Assembly (NCBI GenBank): GCA_015233115.1
Contig: JADFYJ010000009.1
Coordinates: 12,163 to 76,162, forward strand
DNA length: 64,000 nt
Direction: 5' to 3'
Source of the DNA: Candidatus Omnitrophota bacterium
Lineage (GTDB): Bacteria > Omnitrophota > Gorgyraeia > Zapsychrales > Zapsychraceae
Part shown: piece after piece, positions 55,067-64,000 of the stretch
Layout: every line of letters starts with the position of its first letter
Position numbering within the stretch: the stretch's first letter is position 1
Notes under the pieces: generated by a model
What the model saw: the letters and a program-made list of their open reading frames with translations, nothing else
What the model was told of the DNA's origin: nothing
The model's database searches: none
Made by a program: the position numbers and the translations under genes

Positions 55067-56959
55067 ATGCAAAATCACGTTCCTTTTCTCTTATATTCCT
55101 TGATGCTTTTCCCATTAGCCATTGCTGTCTTGTCCTTAATTAATCGCTGGCCTGGCTTATTTAAAAAATTTATTTATCCGGCTGTTATCGTTTTAATTGC
55201 TGGGTCATTGGCTTTACTGGCTATTCCGTTAAAAGGGACGCCTATCTTTGTTGCTGCAGATTTTAGCTGGGTTGAGCAGGCGATGTTGGTTATCGAAGTA
55301 TTGTTAGCCGTGTATCTTTTATGGCTAGCATTGAAACGCAAGGATTTGATTGTCACAGCTTTGTTAGTCGTCCAGACTTCCATTTTATTATTCTTCCATT
55401 TTGGAGCAGGCCATCACGCGCACGCCGAAGCCAATCTTTTCCTGGATCTTTTTTCAGTTATCATGGCTTTAATAATTGGGGTGATCGGCAGTTTAATTGC
55501 CATGTACGCAGTAGGTTATATGGAAGACTTCCATGAACATCATGCGGAAGTCAAAGACCGTAGGCCGTTATTTTTAGGGCTGATTTTTATTTTTCTTTCC
55601 GCCATGTTTGGCGTTTGCTTCTCTAATAATCTTATGTGGTTATTATTCTTCTGGGAGATCACTACAGTTTGTTCTTTCTTACTTATCGGATATAAGGGAG
55701 ATGAACAATCCATCACCAATTCGTTTTTAGCTTTGCGCTGGAATCTTTTAGGCGGGTTGGCCTTTTTATTGGGGATTGTTATCCTGTTTAAGAATTGTCA
55801 CACTATTGAATTAAACCAGATGATGACTTTATCAAAATCTTTGGTCATGTTGCCGGTTGCTTTATTATGTTTTGCCGGTATTACTAAATCCGCTCAATTG
55901 CCCTGCTCCTCATGGTTAGTCGGAGCCATGGTTGCGCCGACACCGGTATCTGCTTTGCTTCATTCCAGCACCATGGTTAAAGCTGGTGTTTATCTGGTTT
56001 TGCGTTTTGCCGGACAATTAGGGGGAACAACATTAGGTTTGTTTGTAGCGATGATCGGTCTCGCAACCTTTTTGATCGGGTCTTTTATTTGTATCAGTCA
56101 AAATGACGGTAAAAAGATTTTGGCTTATTCCACGATCGCGAATTTGGGTTTGATCATTCTTTGCGCTGGTGTCGGAACATACGAAGCTGTATGGGCAGGG
56201 ATACTTTTAATTATTTTCCATGCTATCGCAAAAGGCCTTTTGTTTTTGTGCGTGGGAGCAATTGAACATCAGACCGGAAGCCGTCAGGTAGAAGATATGA
56301 CAGGATTAATTGTGCGGTTGCCGAAAATAGCCGTCATGCTGCAGATTGGTATAGCAGGCATGTTCTTGGCGCCGTTTGGTATGCTGATTAGCAAATGGGC
56401 TGTTTTGAGAGCGATCGTTGATTTTAGCCCGTTCATGGCGGTGTTTTTGATATTCGGTAGTGCGGCGACATTATTTTTCTGGGTCAAGTGGATTGGGAAA
56501 ATTTTGATTGTTGACCGGGTATATGAAAAAATTGAGACCAGATTACCCTCTGGTCAAATGATTGCTATGGGTACACTTTCCGTGTTAACTGTTTTGATCT
56601 GCGGTTGTTTTGCGGTAGTTGCGCATTATATGATTGATCCTTATGTTGCCGCGATTTATGGAAATGTGACAGTATTAAGTCAAGGAAATGTGGTTGTTAT
56701 GGGTATCATGCTTTTGATGGTGTGTTTATTCCCGGTCACATTTTTAGATTATGGGAGCGGGGTTAAAATGGCAGATCCTTATTTAGGCGGAGCTAATGTG
56801 GGCACAGGAAATCAATACCGCGGCGCTTTGGCAGTGAAAGATATGGAAATGAAAAATTATTATTTGGACGATTATTTTAATGAAGGCCGGTTAATGACTT
56901 TGGGTGTGATGCTGGGTGTGATTTTTAGCCTGGGCCTTATTGTATGGGGGGGAATGTGA
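55067..56959 (+). CDS. echA: Energy-converting hydrogenase (Ech) membrane subunit A (antiporter-like, NuoL/HyfB family)
   Basis: 630 aa, about 16 TM helices, proton-pumping antiporter-like motifs. First gene of an A-F order cluster. Confidence 0.8.
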   Translation: MQNHVPFLLYSLMLFPLAIAVLSLINRWPGLFKKFIYPAVIVLIAGSLALLAIPLKGTPIFVAADFSWVEQAMLVIEVLLAVYLLWLALKRKDLIVTALLVVQTSILLFFHFGAGHHAHAEANLFLDLFSVIMALIIGVIGSLIAMYAVGYMEDFHEHHAEVKDRRPLFLGLIFIFLSAMFGVCFSNNLMWLLFFWEITTVCSFLLIGYKGDEQSITNSFLALRWNLLGGLAFLLGIVILFKNCHTIELNQMMTLSKSLVMLPVALLCFAGITKSAQLPCSSWLVGAMVAPTPVSALLHSSTMVKAGVYLVLRFAGQLGGTTLGLFVAMIGLATFLIGSFICISQNDGKKILAYSTIANLGLIILCAGVGTYEAVWAGILLIIFHAIAKGLLFLCVGAIEHQTGSRQVEDMTGLIVRLPKIAVMLQIGIAGMFLAPFGMLISKWAVLRAIVDFSPFMAVFLIFGSAATLFFWVKWIGKILIVDRVYEKIETRLPSGQMIAMGTLSVLTVLICGCFAVVAHYMIDPYVAAIYGNVTVLSQGNVVVMGIMLLMVCLFPVTFLDYGSGVKMADPYLGGANVGTGNQYRGALAVKDMEMKNYYLDDYFNEGRLMTLGVMLGVIFSLGLIVWGGM

Positions 56960-56960
56960 C

Positions 56961-56990
56961 CTAAATTTCGAATTTGAATTCGAAATTTAG
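56961..56990. terminator. Perfect palindrome after echA
   Basis: CTAAATTTCGAATT-tg-AATTCGAAATTTAG. Confidence 0.5.
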
Positions 56991-57009
56991 GAGGAGATAT
57001 AGACGCCGT

Positions 57010-57055
57010 TGTAGGGGCGATCACCCGATCGCCCGTTATAAAATTATCGTTTTTT
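57010..57055 (+). repeat. REP-A hairpin upstream of echB
   Basis: GTAGGGGCGATCACCCGATCGCCCGTTATAAAATTATCG. Confidence 0.7.
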
Positions 57056-57137
57056 TATTTAAAATTGGTAAATATATTAGGACAAGCAGCATTAGAAATT
57101 TTAAAATCGATGGATTTAAATAGGAGTTGGTTATAAT

Positions 57138-57986
57138 ATGAACATATGGATTCTGATTGTATATTTGTTTGGCGCGCCGATTGTAGGTGGATTATTAGCC
57201 GGCTTGGATCGCAAGGTGACAGCCCGCATGCAAAGTCGTATGGGGCCGCCGATATTACAGCCGTTTTATGATGTGTTGAAACTTTTGAAAAAAGAAACGC
57301 TGGTCGTCCGTCCATCTCAAACACTGTACATGGAATTCTTTTTTATCCTGACTATTTTTACCGGCGCTTTGTTTTTTTCCGGCGGGGATTTACTGCTGAT
57401 TATTTTTGCGTTAACCTTGGCCTGTGTGTTTTTTGTCTTGGGAGGTTTTAAAGCCAGCTCGCCGTATAGTTTTATCGGCGCGCACCGCGAAGCTTTGCAG
57501 ATGATGGCATATGAACCTGCCTTACTGATGGTCGCTGTCGGAATGTATATGGTTACCAAGAGTTTTCAGGTGATTGATATTATCAAATATCCGACACCTT
57601 TGATTGTCGTTTTACCCGGCATATTTTTTGCTTTCTTTTTTATTCTACCGATTAAATTCCGTAAATCACCTTTCGATCTTTCCACATCCCATCACGCGCA
57701 TCAGGAATTAGTGAAGGGGATTTTGACGGAATTTTCCGGCAAGACTTTAGCGCTGATCGAAGTGGCGCATTGGTATGAAAATGTTTTTGTATTAGGTTTA
57801 GTGTATTTATTTTTTGCATCCAATGTCTGGCTGGGTTTGAGTATGGCGTTGGTCGTATTTTTGGCCCAGATGTTAATTGACAATGCTTCAGCCAGAGTCA
57901 GATGGCAGGCTATGTTAGGGAGCGCCTGGCTGGTTGCTTTAGTCATCGGCGGTATAAATATTATTTATTTGATGGCGAGAGGCTAA
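57138..57986 (+). CDS. echB: Ech hydrogenase membrane subunit B (NuoH/HycD-like)
   Basis: 282 aa, 8 TM helices, NuoH-like conserved MQSRMGPP region. Confidence 0.8.
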   Translation: MNIWILIVYLFGAPIVGGLLAGLDRKVTARMQSRMGPPILQPFYDVLKLLKKETLVVRPSQTLYMEFFFILTIFTGALFFSGGDLLLIIFALTLACVFFVLGGFKASSPYSFIGAHREALQMMAYEPALLMVAVGMYMVTKSFQVIDIIKYPTPLIVVLPGIFFAFFFILPIKFRKSPFDLSTSHHAHQELVKGILTEFSGKTLALIEVAHWYENVFVLGLVYLFFASNVWLGLSMALVVFLAQMLIDNASARVRWQAMLGSAWLVALVIGGINIIYLMARG

Positions 57987-58008
57987 ATAGGGAAATCCTA
58001 TTTAGCCT

Positions 58009-58047
58009 GTCACAAGACACAAGTCACATGTCACAAGGTCACAAAGG
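58009..58047 (+). repeat. Solo GTCACAA-type heptamer array after echB
   Basis: GTCACAAGACACAAGTCACATGTCACAAGGTCACAAAGGG, followed by AAAGCGATTGGTGA. Preceded by palindrome GGCTAAATAGG-gaaat-CCTATTTAGCC (57981-58007). Confidence 0.65.
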
Positions 58048-58196
58048 GTAGAAAAGATTATATAAAAGCGATTGGTGAATAAATTATTAATGAAAAATCA
58101 ATAATCAATTTTTATGTTAAATTTTTTGTTTTTACATTTCACTTTTCACGTATCACATTTCACTTTTGAAATGTCAAATGGACAGGACAGTTAATA

Positions 58197-58648
58197 TGAG
58201 TATGTTATCAAAATCACCGTGGATTATTCATTATGATGGATCTAGCTGTAATGGTTGTGATATCGAAGTTTTGGCTGCTTTAATGCCAAGATATGATTTG
58301 GAACGTTTTGGTATTTTGAATACCGGAAATCCGAAACATGCGGATATCCTCTTATTGACCGGCTCAATTAATGAGCAAAATAAATCAGTGGTTCTTAATA
58401 TTTATAACCAAATGCCGAATCCAAAAGTGGTGATCGCCGTAGGAATATGCGCGACATCCGGCGGGGTTTTTAGAGAATGTTATAATGTTTTGGGTGGAGC
58501 GGACAAAGTTGTTCCAGTAGACGTTTACGTTCCATCCTGTCCGATTCGTCCGGAAGCATTAATTGACGCGGCCGTTAAAGCGTTAGGAATTTTAGAGAAA
58601 AAAAGAGTGGACTTAAAAACGGGGGACATGATACTTAATTCAAAATAA
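58197..58648 (+). CDS. echC: Ech hydrogenase small subunit (NuoB-like, [4Fe-4S])
   Basis: CNGCDIE...GICATSGG...PSCPIRP cysteine pattern of NuoB / hydrogenase small subunit. Confidence 0.85.
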
Positions 58649-58721
58649 ATTACTGAATTAAGTTTCGTGTCCCCCGATCTTCGAAAACTGAAATAATAAT
58701 GTTTGTTATAAAGGCGAAAAA

Positions 58722-59096
58722 ATGACACAGCAAACGATCACAGAAATTTCTATTGGCGATCTTTTAAATAAGGTCAGAGCATTTAAATATGAAGGCTGGC
58801 GCCTGGTACAGATCTGCTGTACAAAATTGCCGGATGTTTTAGAATTGCAGTATTCTTTTGATAAAGATTATGTTTTCAACAGCTTGAAAATTGTTTTAAA
58901 AGATACTTCGACGGCAGTTCCCAGTGTAAGCGGAATTTATTTAAGCGCTTTTCTTTATGAAAACGAAATCCATGATTTGTTTGGGATCAATGTGCAGGGT
59001 ATTGCGGTGGATTACAAAGGTGAATTTTACCGAACACAGGTGAAACACGGGTTTAACCAAGAAGTTCAGCCAGCAGGAGAGAAGAGTAATGAGTAA
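58722..59096 (+). CDS. echD: Ech hydrogenase subunit D (NuoC-like)
   Basis: 124 aa NuoC/30-kDa-subunit-like. Overlaps the echE start by 8 nt. Confidence 0.75.
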   Translation: MTQQTITEISIGDLLNKVRAFKYEGWRLVQICCTKLPDVLELQYSFDKDYVFNSLKIVLKDTSTAVPSVSGIYLSAFLYENEIHDLFGINVQGIAVDYKGEFYRTQVKHGFNQEVQPAGEKSNE

Positions 59097-60168
59097 GCGG
59101 ACCATTGTTCCTTTTGGCCCCCAGCATCCTGTTTTGCCTGAGCCGATCCATTTGGATCTGGTTTTGGAAGACGAGAAAGTGGTTGAGGCTATTCCTTCGA
59201 TTGGTTTTGTGCATCGCGGTTTGGAAAAATTAGTCGAGAAGCGGGATTTTATTGATTTTACGTATGTGGCAGAACGTATTTGCGGCATTTGTAGTTTTAT
59301 CCACGGCCTTACTTATTGCATGGCTGTTGAAGAACTTATGAAGATAGAAGTACCTGAACGCGCGCAGTATTTACGGACGATCTGGTCGGAATTGTCTCGT
59401 ATTCACAGCCATTTGCTTTGGCTTGGTTTAACCGCTGACGCTTTCGGTTTTGAAAATTTATTTATGCAATCATGGCGTTTACGCGAATATATTTTAGATA
59501 TAATTGAAGAAACAACCGGCGGCCGGGTTATTTTTGGCTCAGCCAAAATCGGCGGTGTCCGCCGGGATATTACTCCTGAAAAATTGGATGAGATTTTAAA
59601 GAAAATACGTTCTTATCAAAAAGAAATGTTAGAGATTGGTTCTTATTTTCTCGAAGATTCTACTGTCAAGCATCGTTTACAGGGAATTGGTATTTTGTCA
59701 AAAGAAGATGCCCAGGCTTTAGGCGCGGTTGGTCCTATGTTACGCGCCAGCGGTGTGTCTATGGATATCCGTATGATGGGTTATGCCGCTTATGGTAAAG
59801 TGGGATTCGCTCCGGTTGTTGAAACGGCCGGTGATTCATATGCCCGCTGTAAAGTGCGTATTCGTGAATTAGACCAATCCGTCGATATTATTGAAAAATG
59901 CGTTCAGCAGATGAAAGAAGGCCCGGTGGAGATTAAGGTAACCGGTTTTCCGAATGGAGAATTTTTTGCCCGGTCTGAACAGCCGCGCGGGGAAGTTATT
60001 TATTACGCGAAAGCCAATGGTACGAAATTTTTACAAAGAATGCGCGTGCGTACTCCGACCTTTGCTAATATCACGCCGTTATTATCAGTATTAAAAGGCT
60101 GTCAATTAGCTGATGTTCCGATCTTAGTATTGACCATTGATCCTTGCATTAGTTGTGCGGAAAGATAA
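59089..60168 (+). CDS. echE: Ech [NiFe]-hydrogenase large subunit (group 4)
   Basis: N-terminal RICGICSFIHG (L1) and C-terminal DPCISCAER (L2) Ni-Fe ligand motifs. No C-terminal extension. Confidence 0.9.
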   Translation: MSKRTIVPFGPQHPVLPEPIHLDLVLEDEKVVEAIPSIGFVHRGLEKLVEKRDFIDFTYVAERICGICSFIHGLTYCMAVEELMKIEVPERAQYLRTIWSELSRIHSHLLWLGLTADAFGFENLFMQSWRLREYILDIIEETTGGRVIFGSAKIGGVRRDITPEKLDEILKKIRSYQKEMLEIGSYFLEDSTVKHRLQGIGILSKEDAQALGAVGPMLRASGVSMDIRMMGYAAYGKVGFAPVVETAGDSYARCKVRIRELDQSVDIIEKCVQQMKEGPVEIKVTGFPNGEFFARSEQPRGEVIYYAKANGTKFLQRMRVRTPTFANITPLLSVLKGCQLADVPILVLTIDPCISCAER

Positions 60169-60184
60169 AAATATAGACTGTAAA

Positions 60185-60211
60185 GGTCACAAAGTCACAA
60201 GGTCACAAAGG
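60185..60211 (+). repeat. Solo GTCACAA-type heptamer array after echE
   Basis: GGTCACAAAGTCACAAGGTCACAAAGGG, followed by AAAGCGATTGGTGA. Confidence 0.65.
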
Positions 60212-60273
60212 GAAGTAAAGATAAGAAAAGCGATTGGTGAGAAAAAAACATTAAATATATTGGATAAGATAAT

Positions 60274-60609
60274 ATGAAATTTTTATTAATGGTGAAGTCA
60301 GTTGTTAAAAATTTGGTTCGTGGCCCAGTCACGGAGCGGTATCCTTTTGTTCCTAAAAAGTTTTTTAAGGGGACGCGTGGACAGGTGCTTATCGAGATAA
60401 AGAAATGTATTTTCTGCGGGCTGTGTCAGCGGAAATGTCCTTCGCAGGCTATTGTGGTAACGAAAGATAAAAAGAATTGGGAAATTGACCGTTTACGCTG
60501 CGTATCTTGTGCCGCTTGCGTGGACGTTTGCCCGGTTAAGTGTTTAGCGATGGATACAAAATACGCGCCATGTTCTGACAAGCGTTACAAGGATGCTTTC
60601 AATGCATGA
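60274..60609 (+). CDS. echF: Ech hydrogenase 2x[4Fe-4S] ferredoxin subunit (NuoI-like)
   Basis: CIFCGLCQRKCP and CVSCAACVDVCP motifs. Confidence 0.85.
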   Translation: MKFLLMVKSVVKNLVRGPVTERYPFVPKKFFKGTRGQVLIEIKKCIFCGLCQRKCPSQAIVVTKDKKNWEIDRLRCVSCAACVDVCPVKCLAMDTKYAPCSDKRYKDAFNA

Positions 60610-60946
60610 GTGTCATCAAGTTCAAAAAGTTGTAACTGAAGCACAGGCTATGCTGAAGGAAAAAGGCATACAAGATCCCAAGAAAGCCAATTTGGTTGTC
60701 GGAGAATTATTAGGGTTTGATGAAGGATGCATCCGTTTGTATTGGGAAGAAATGACTCAGTCAACACCTTTATCAAAAACTGCATTGTCGATTCAATTCG
60801 TTCCAGCCATGCTGGAATGCGCGGCTTGTAAAATTAAATTCGCGAAAAAAGGTTCTAATCTTCTTTGTCCACAGTGCAATAAAATCGGCACGCTTCCTCC
60901 TTCAGGATCGTCAGGAAAAGAATTCTTCATAAATAAAATTGAATAG
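60602..60946 (+). CDS. hypA: Hydrogenase nickel-insertion protein HypA
   Basis: MHECHQVQKV N-terminus. CAACK...CPQCN zinc finger. Confidence 0.85.
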   Translation: MHECHQVQKVVTEAQAMLKEKGIQDPKKANLVVGELLGFDEGCIRLYWEEMTQSTPLSKTALSIQFVPAMLECAACKIKFAKKGSNLLCPQCNKIGTLPPSGSSGKEFFINKIE

Positions 60947-60967
60947 TATGTAGTATGTAGTATGTGG
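60944..60967 (+). repeat. Heptamer array TAGTATG x3 after hypA
   Basis: TAGTATGTAGTATGTAGTATGTGG. Confidence 0.65.
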
Positions 60968-61192
60968 TGAAAAACGATAGATGGGAGATAATATACGAAA
61001 GAATATATAATTTTATAGAGCGAGTGTTATTTTTTAAATTTTTTGGGTTTTATTGACTACATTCTTATAGAAAAAACATGCCTTTTAAAATTATTTTATT
61101 TCGTTCTTTTTCTCGTCGCTGTTTTTGTTAAATAAATACTACATGCTTTTAATGACGTTTTTTCAATTATTCGTTTTTTTGATTTTTGTTAT

Positions 61193-61253
61193 TTACCACA
61201 TACCACATACTACATACTACATACTACATACTACATACTACATACTACATACT
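61193..61253 (-). repeat. Inverted heptamer array (CATACTA)x8 upstream of the HypC-radical SAM gene
   Basis: CCACATACCACATACTACATACTACATACTACATACTACATACTACATACTACATACTC. Confidence 0.75.
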
Positions 61254-61269
61254 CTAATAGGATAAACAT

Positions 61270-62571
61270 ATGTGTTACGCCATTCCTGGACAAGTTAAAT
61301 CCTTTGACGGAAAATTTGTCTTGGTTGATTATTTTGGTGAACAAAAAAAAGCGATCAATGAGTTAAGCGCGTTGAAGGTGGGGGATTATGTGTACGCGCA
61401 AGGCGGCTTTGTCATTACCAAGGTGAGCCAGAGTGAGGCATTGCAGACTTTGGAGACGTGGAAGGACCTTTTCTTCGAATTAAAGGACATTGACGACCGC
61501 AGTGTCAAAGATATGCCTTGGGCCGGAGCTAAATTTGCAAAAGTCCGGGATATGTTTGACTGTGTATCGGCTGACGGCAAGATTTCTTTACAGGATCTGC
61601 AATATTTGTTGTCATCAAAAGATGCTGGCGAACGAGAATTTATCCGCAACGCGGCCAATCAAAGCCGTCATAAATATCACGGCAATTCCTGCTGCGTGCA
61701 CGGTATTATTGAAATCGGTAATGTGTGCGATCAAGTGTGTCATTATTGCGGGATTTCCCGTCTGAATACATCATTGACCCGCTACCGGATGTCAAAAGAA
61801 GAAATCTTAGAGTCAGTACGCGTCGCGGTTGAGGATTATGGTTTTAAAGCATTAGTTTTGCAAAGTGGAGAGGATGCTGATCGTCCGATTATTGAATTAG
61901 TTGACATCGTCACGGAAATCAAAAAACGTTTTGGCGTTTTAATTTTTGTCAGTTTTGGTGAAGTTGGGAGGGAAGGATTAGAACAATTATATACTGCCGG
62001 CGCCCGCGGGCTTTTGTTGCGTTTTGAATCATCCAACCCTAACATTTATCAGGAACTTCATCCTGGATCCAATTTGGATGACCGTTTAAAAGATTTACGT
62101 TATGCGAATGAGTTGGGTTACTTGATCATCACCGGATCTTTGGTTGGATTGCCTGGTCAAACCGCTGAGGATATCAGCCGTGATATTCAGCTGGCTGGTG
62201 AGTTAAATGTCGAAATGCTCAGCATGGGGCCGTTTTTGCCACACCCGCATACCCCCTTAGCCCATAATTTACCTCCGACAAAAGAAGCCGTTGTTCAAGT
62301 ATTAGCTGCTGCAAGATTTTATCTGCCTTCACATGTAAAAATCTTAGTGACGACAGGTTTAGAAACGCTTAATGCGGAAGCCCGCGAACTGGCTTTTCGT
62401 TCCGGCGCTAATTCCATGATGTTAAATGTCACCCCGCAAGAAAAAAAACTGCTGTACGAAATTTACCCGGATCGTGCCCATCAAAATGAATCATTAGCTG
62501 TTCAAATTGATTCTGCCAAAAATTTACTACAAAGTCTAGGCCGAGCGCCTACGGATTTAAGCTTTCGTTAA
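61270..62571 (+). CDS. Fusion protein: HypC/HupF-like N-terminal domain plus a HydE/BioB-like radical SAM domain
   Basis: MCYAIPGQVKSFDGKFVLVDYFG..VGDYVYAQGGFV (HypC signature MC[LIY]AIP) for about 75 aa. Then CDQVCHYC (CX3CX2C), GGE-like and TIM-barrel radical SAM features. Single ORF of 433 aa. Confidence 0.7.
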   Translation: MCYAIPGQVKSFDGKFVLVDYFGEQKKAINELSALKVGDYVYAQGGFVITKVSQSEALQTLETWKDLFFELKDIDDRSVKDMPWAGAKFAKVRDMFDCVSADGKISLQDLQYLLSSKDAGEREFIRNAANQSRHKYHGNSCCVHGIIEIGNVCDQVCHYCGISRLNTSLTRYRMSKEEILESVRVAVEDYGFKALVLQSGEDADRPIIELVDIVTEIKKRFGVLIFVSFGEVGREGLEQLYTAGARGLLLRFESSNPNIYQELHPGSNLDDRLKDLRYANELGYLIITGSLVGLPGQTAEDISRDIQLAGELNVEMLSMGPFLPHPHTPLAHNLPPTKEAVVQVLAAARFYLPSHVKILVTTGLETLNAEARELAFRSGANSMMLNVTPQEKKLLYEIYPDRAHQNESLAVQIDSAKNLLQSLGRAPTDLSFR

Positions 62572-62574
62572 ACC

Positions 62575-62628
62575 GTTGGACCACCGCGTCGGTGAGCCAT
62601 GGTCCACCGACGCGGTGGTCCAACGGTC
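62575..62628 (+). terminator. REP-B long palindrome (22-bp perfect stem) after the HypC-radical SAM gene
   Basis: CCGTTGGACCACCGCGTCGGTG-agccatggt-CACCGACGCGGTGGTCCAACGG. Confidence 0.6.
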
Positions 62629-62710
62629 GTTTGAATTTTCCCTTGACATCTTTATCCTATCCATTAAAATCTAACTATTAAAATTTTACTACTATTCCAG
62701 GACTTTTATT

Positions 62711-64000
62711 ATGATTATTAATGATATTATAGAAAAAACTGCGCAAAAATATGGGGAAAAGACTGGTTTGATTTTTAAGGACCAGACTTTTGCTTTTGAT
62801 TCCATTCGTGAACACTCTTTTAAGTTAGCCAATGCTTTACGTGGTTGCGGCGCGAAAAAAGGGGATCGGATAGGGATATATCTTCCGAATTGTCCCGAAT
62901 ATGTGTTTAGTTATCTGGCGATTTTTTGTTTAGGCGCGGTGGGCGTGCCTTTGGACTTTATGTTGAAAGAAGATGAGCTTGTTTCTTGTTTGGGGCATTC
63001 TGAGACGAAGATTTTGATTGCTCTTAACAAGTCAGATGTGGATTTGGAGGCGGTTTGGAAACAATTACCGCAATTAGAAAAGCTGATTTTACTGGACGGG
63101 AATGACTTTGATGCGGTTTGTTATGGTGATCTGATGGCGCATGTTTCGTCGGAATTTTTGCCAGTGGACATCAAAGATTCTGATCCGGCGTTAATCATGT
63201 ATACGTCAGGGACGACAGGCAAGCCAAAAGGGATTTTGCTGAATTACAAACATTTGGACGGCTCGCCTAAGGCCATGGAATATTTTGTGGATTTGACGGA
63301 TAAGGACATTAAACTGTGTCCATTGCCGTTAAGTCACATCGGCGGGTTTATTTATATCCAGAATATGCTGTTATTCGGGATCACTTTAGTGTTGATGGAT
63401 CGTTTTAATCCCATGCATTTCCTCGAGAATGTCCACAAATACAATGTGACTTGTTTTCATATTGTGCCGCCCATGTATAACGCGATATTGACTCTTAAGC
63501 ATATCGAAAATTTTGATCTTTCGTCTTTGCGTTGGGTCGTGGTTTTCGGGGCGCCTAGCTCGCCGGAAATTTTGGAGAGGTTCCATAAATATTGTCTGAA
63601 TGCGGTTTTGCTTAATGGATGGGGGATGACAGAAACCTGCCCGCCGAATACGGTCACTCCGTTAAAGAATAGCGATAATATTGCCAGTGTTGGTAAGCCT
63701 TCGCCATTTTCGAAAATTAGAATTGTAGGGGATGACGGGAAAGACATGTCTGCATGCGCGATTGGTGAGATTGTGATCTCCGGTGAATACATTATGCAGG
63801 AATATTACAAAGACCCGGAAGCTACTGCGGAAATGAAACGGCCGGATGGTTTATATACTGGTGATTTAGGACGGTTTGATGAAAACGGATTTTTATACAT
63901 TGTAGGACGTAAAAAAGAAATGATCAAAGTCGGCGGCCAGTTGGTTTACGCGCCGGAAGTTGAGGCTGCTTTGTATAAACATCCTGCAGTGGTTGAAGCC
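62711..64000 (+). CDS. AMP-dependent acyl-CoA synthetase/ligase, 5' part (continues past the window end)
   Basis: IMYTSGTTGKPKG AMP-binding motif and adenylate-forming enzyme layout. Confidence 0.8.
   Translation, partial: MIINDIIEKTAQKYGEKTGLIFKDQTFAFDSIREHSFKLANALRGCGAKKGDRIGIYLPNCPEYVFSYLAIFCLGAVGVPLDFMLKEDELVSCLGHSETKILIALNKSDVDLEAVWKQLPQLEKLILLDGNDFDAVCYGDLMAHVSSEFLPVDIKDSDPALIMYTSGTTGKPKGILLNYKHLDGSPKAMEYFVDLTDKDIKLCPLPLSHIGGFIYIQNMLLFGITLVLMDRFNPMHFLENVHKYNVTCFHIVPPMYNAILTLKHIENFDLSSLRWVVVFGAPSSPEILERFHKYCLNAVLLNGWGMTETCPPNTVTPLKNSDNIASVGKPSPFSKIRIVGDDGKDMSACAIGEIVISGEYIMQEYYKDPEATAEMKRPDGLYTGDLGRFDENGFLYIVGRKKEMIKVGGQLVYAPEVEAALYKHPAVVEA

Overview
AT-rich (about 38-40% GC) bacterial chromosomal segment. 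No rRNA, tRNA or CRISPR array was seen. I could not run a search, so nothing here is database-confirmed.

Housekeeping genes are dense on the + strand: rsfS, argS, recJ, rpmB (- strand), pepF, fba, gpmI, prmA, apbE, thyA-folA, a glycogen block (glgB, a GH57 enzyme, malQ), hldD, pyk, M48 and M16 peptidases, GGDEF and REC-EAL c-di-GMP enzymes, and a complete echABCDEF energy-converting group 4 [NiFe]-hydrogenase operon followed by hypA and an unusual HypC::radical-SAM fusion. Two very large paralogous secreted multidomain proteins share a novel N-terminal module, fused to a histidine-kinase core in one and a GalE-like epimerase in the other.

The most striking content is non-coding or selfish DNA.

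(1) A diversity-generating retroelement (DGR) at 48.9-52.0 kb. An FGE-sulfatase (C-type-lectin fold) target gene carries a C-terminal variable region (VR, about 50379-50495). An Avd-like accessory gene follows. A template repeat (TR, about 51662-51778) differs from VR at 22 positions, 21 of them TR adenines, with AAC codons in TR. The reverse transcriptase survives only as a frameshifted fragment of about 70 codons, abutting a - strand HEPN/MNT pair.

(2) A family of at least 10 MITE-like elements (94-157 bp, terminal inverted repeats GGTGTCTGATCTCGGCTG / CGAGATCTGACACC). Several lie inside ORFs, always in one open frame, encoding WCLIS...FGKNKLFQQPATNNQQPTTNNFILRDLTP, and each is followed at once by a hydrophobic segment. 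This matches the Rickettsia palindromic element (RPE) phenomenon in an apparently unrelated genome.

(3) A further hairpin family and two GC-rich inserts. A GC-rich hairpin GTAGGGGCGATCACCCGATCGCCCGTAACAAAATTGTCG sits 60-120 bp upstream of at least 6 gene starts, plus a three-and-a-half-copy 89-bp tandem array. A second palindrome (GGACCACCGCGTCGGTGGTCC) acts as a terminator, with one in-frame copy inside avd. A GC-rich in-frame insert lies in pyk.

(4) Recurrent intergenic modules built from inverted tandem arrays of 7-8-mers (GTCACAA, CCGAGTAA, TAGTATG, AGAAAAT) flanking AT-rich spacers. Two in-frame copies of one such family sit inside the first giant gene.
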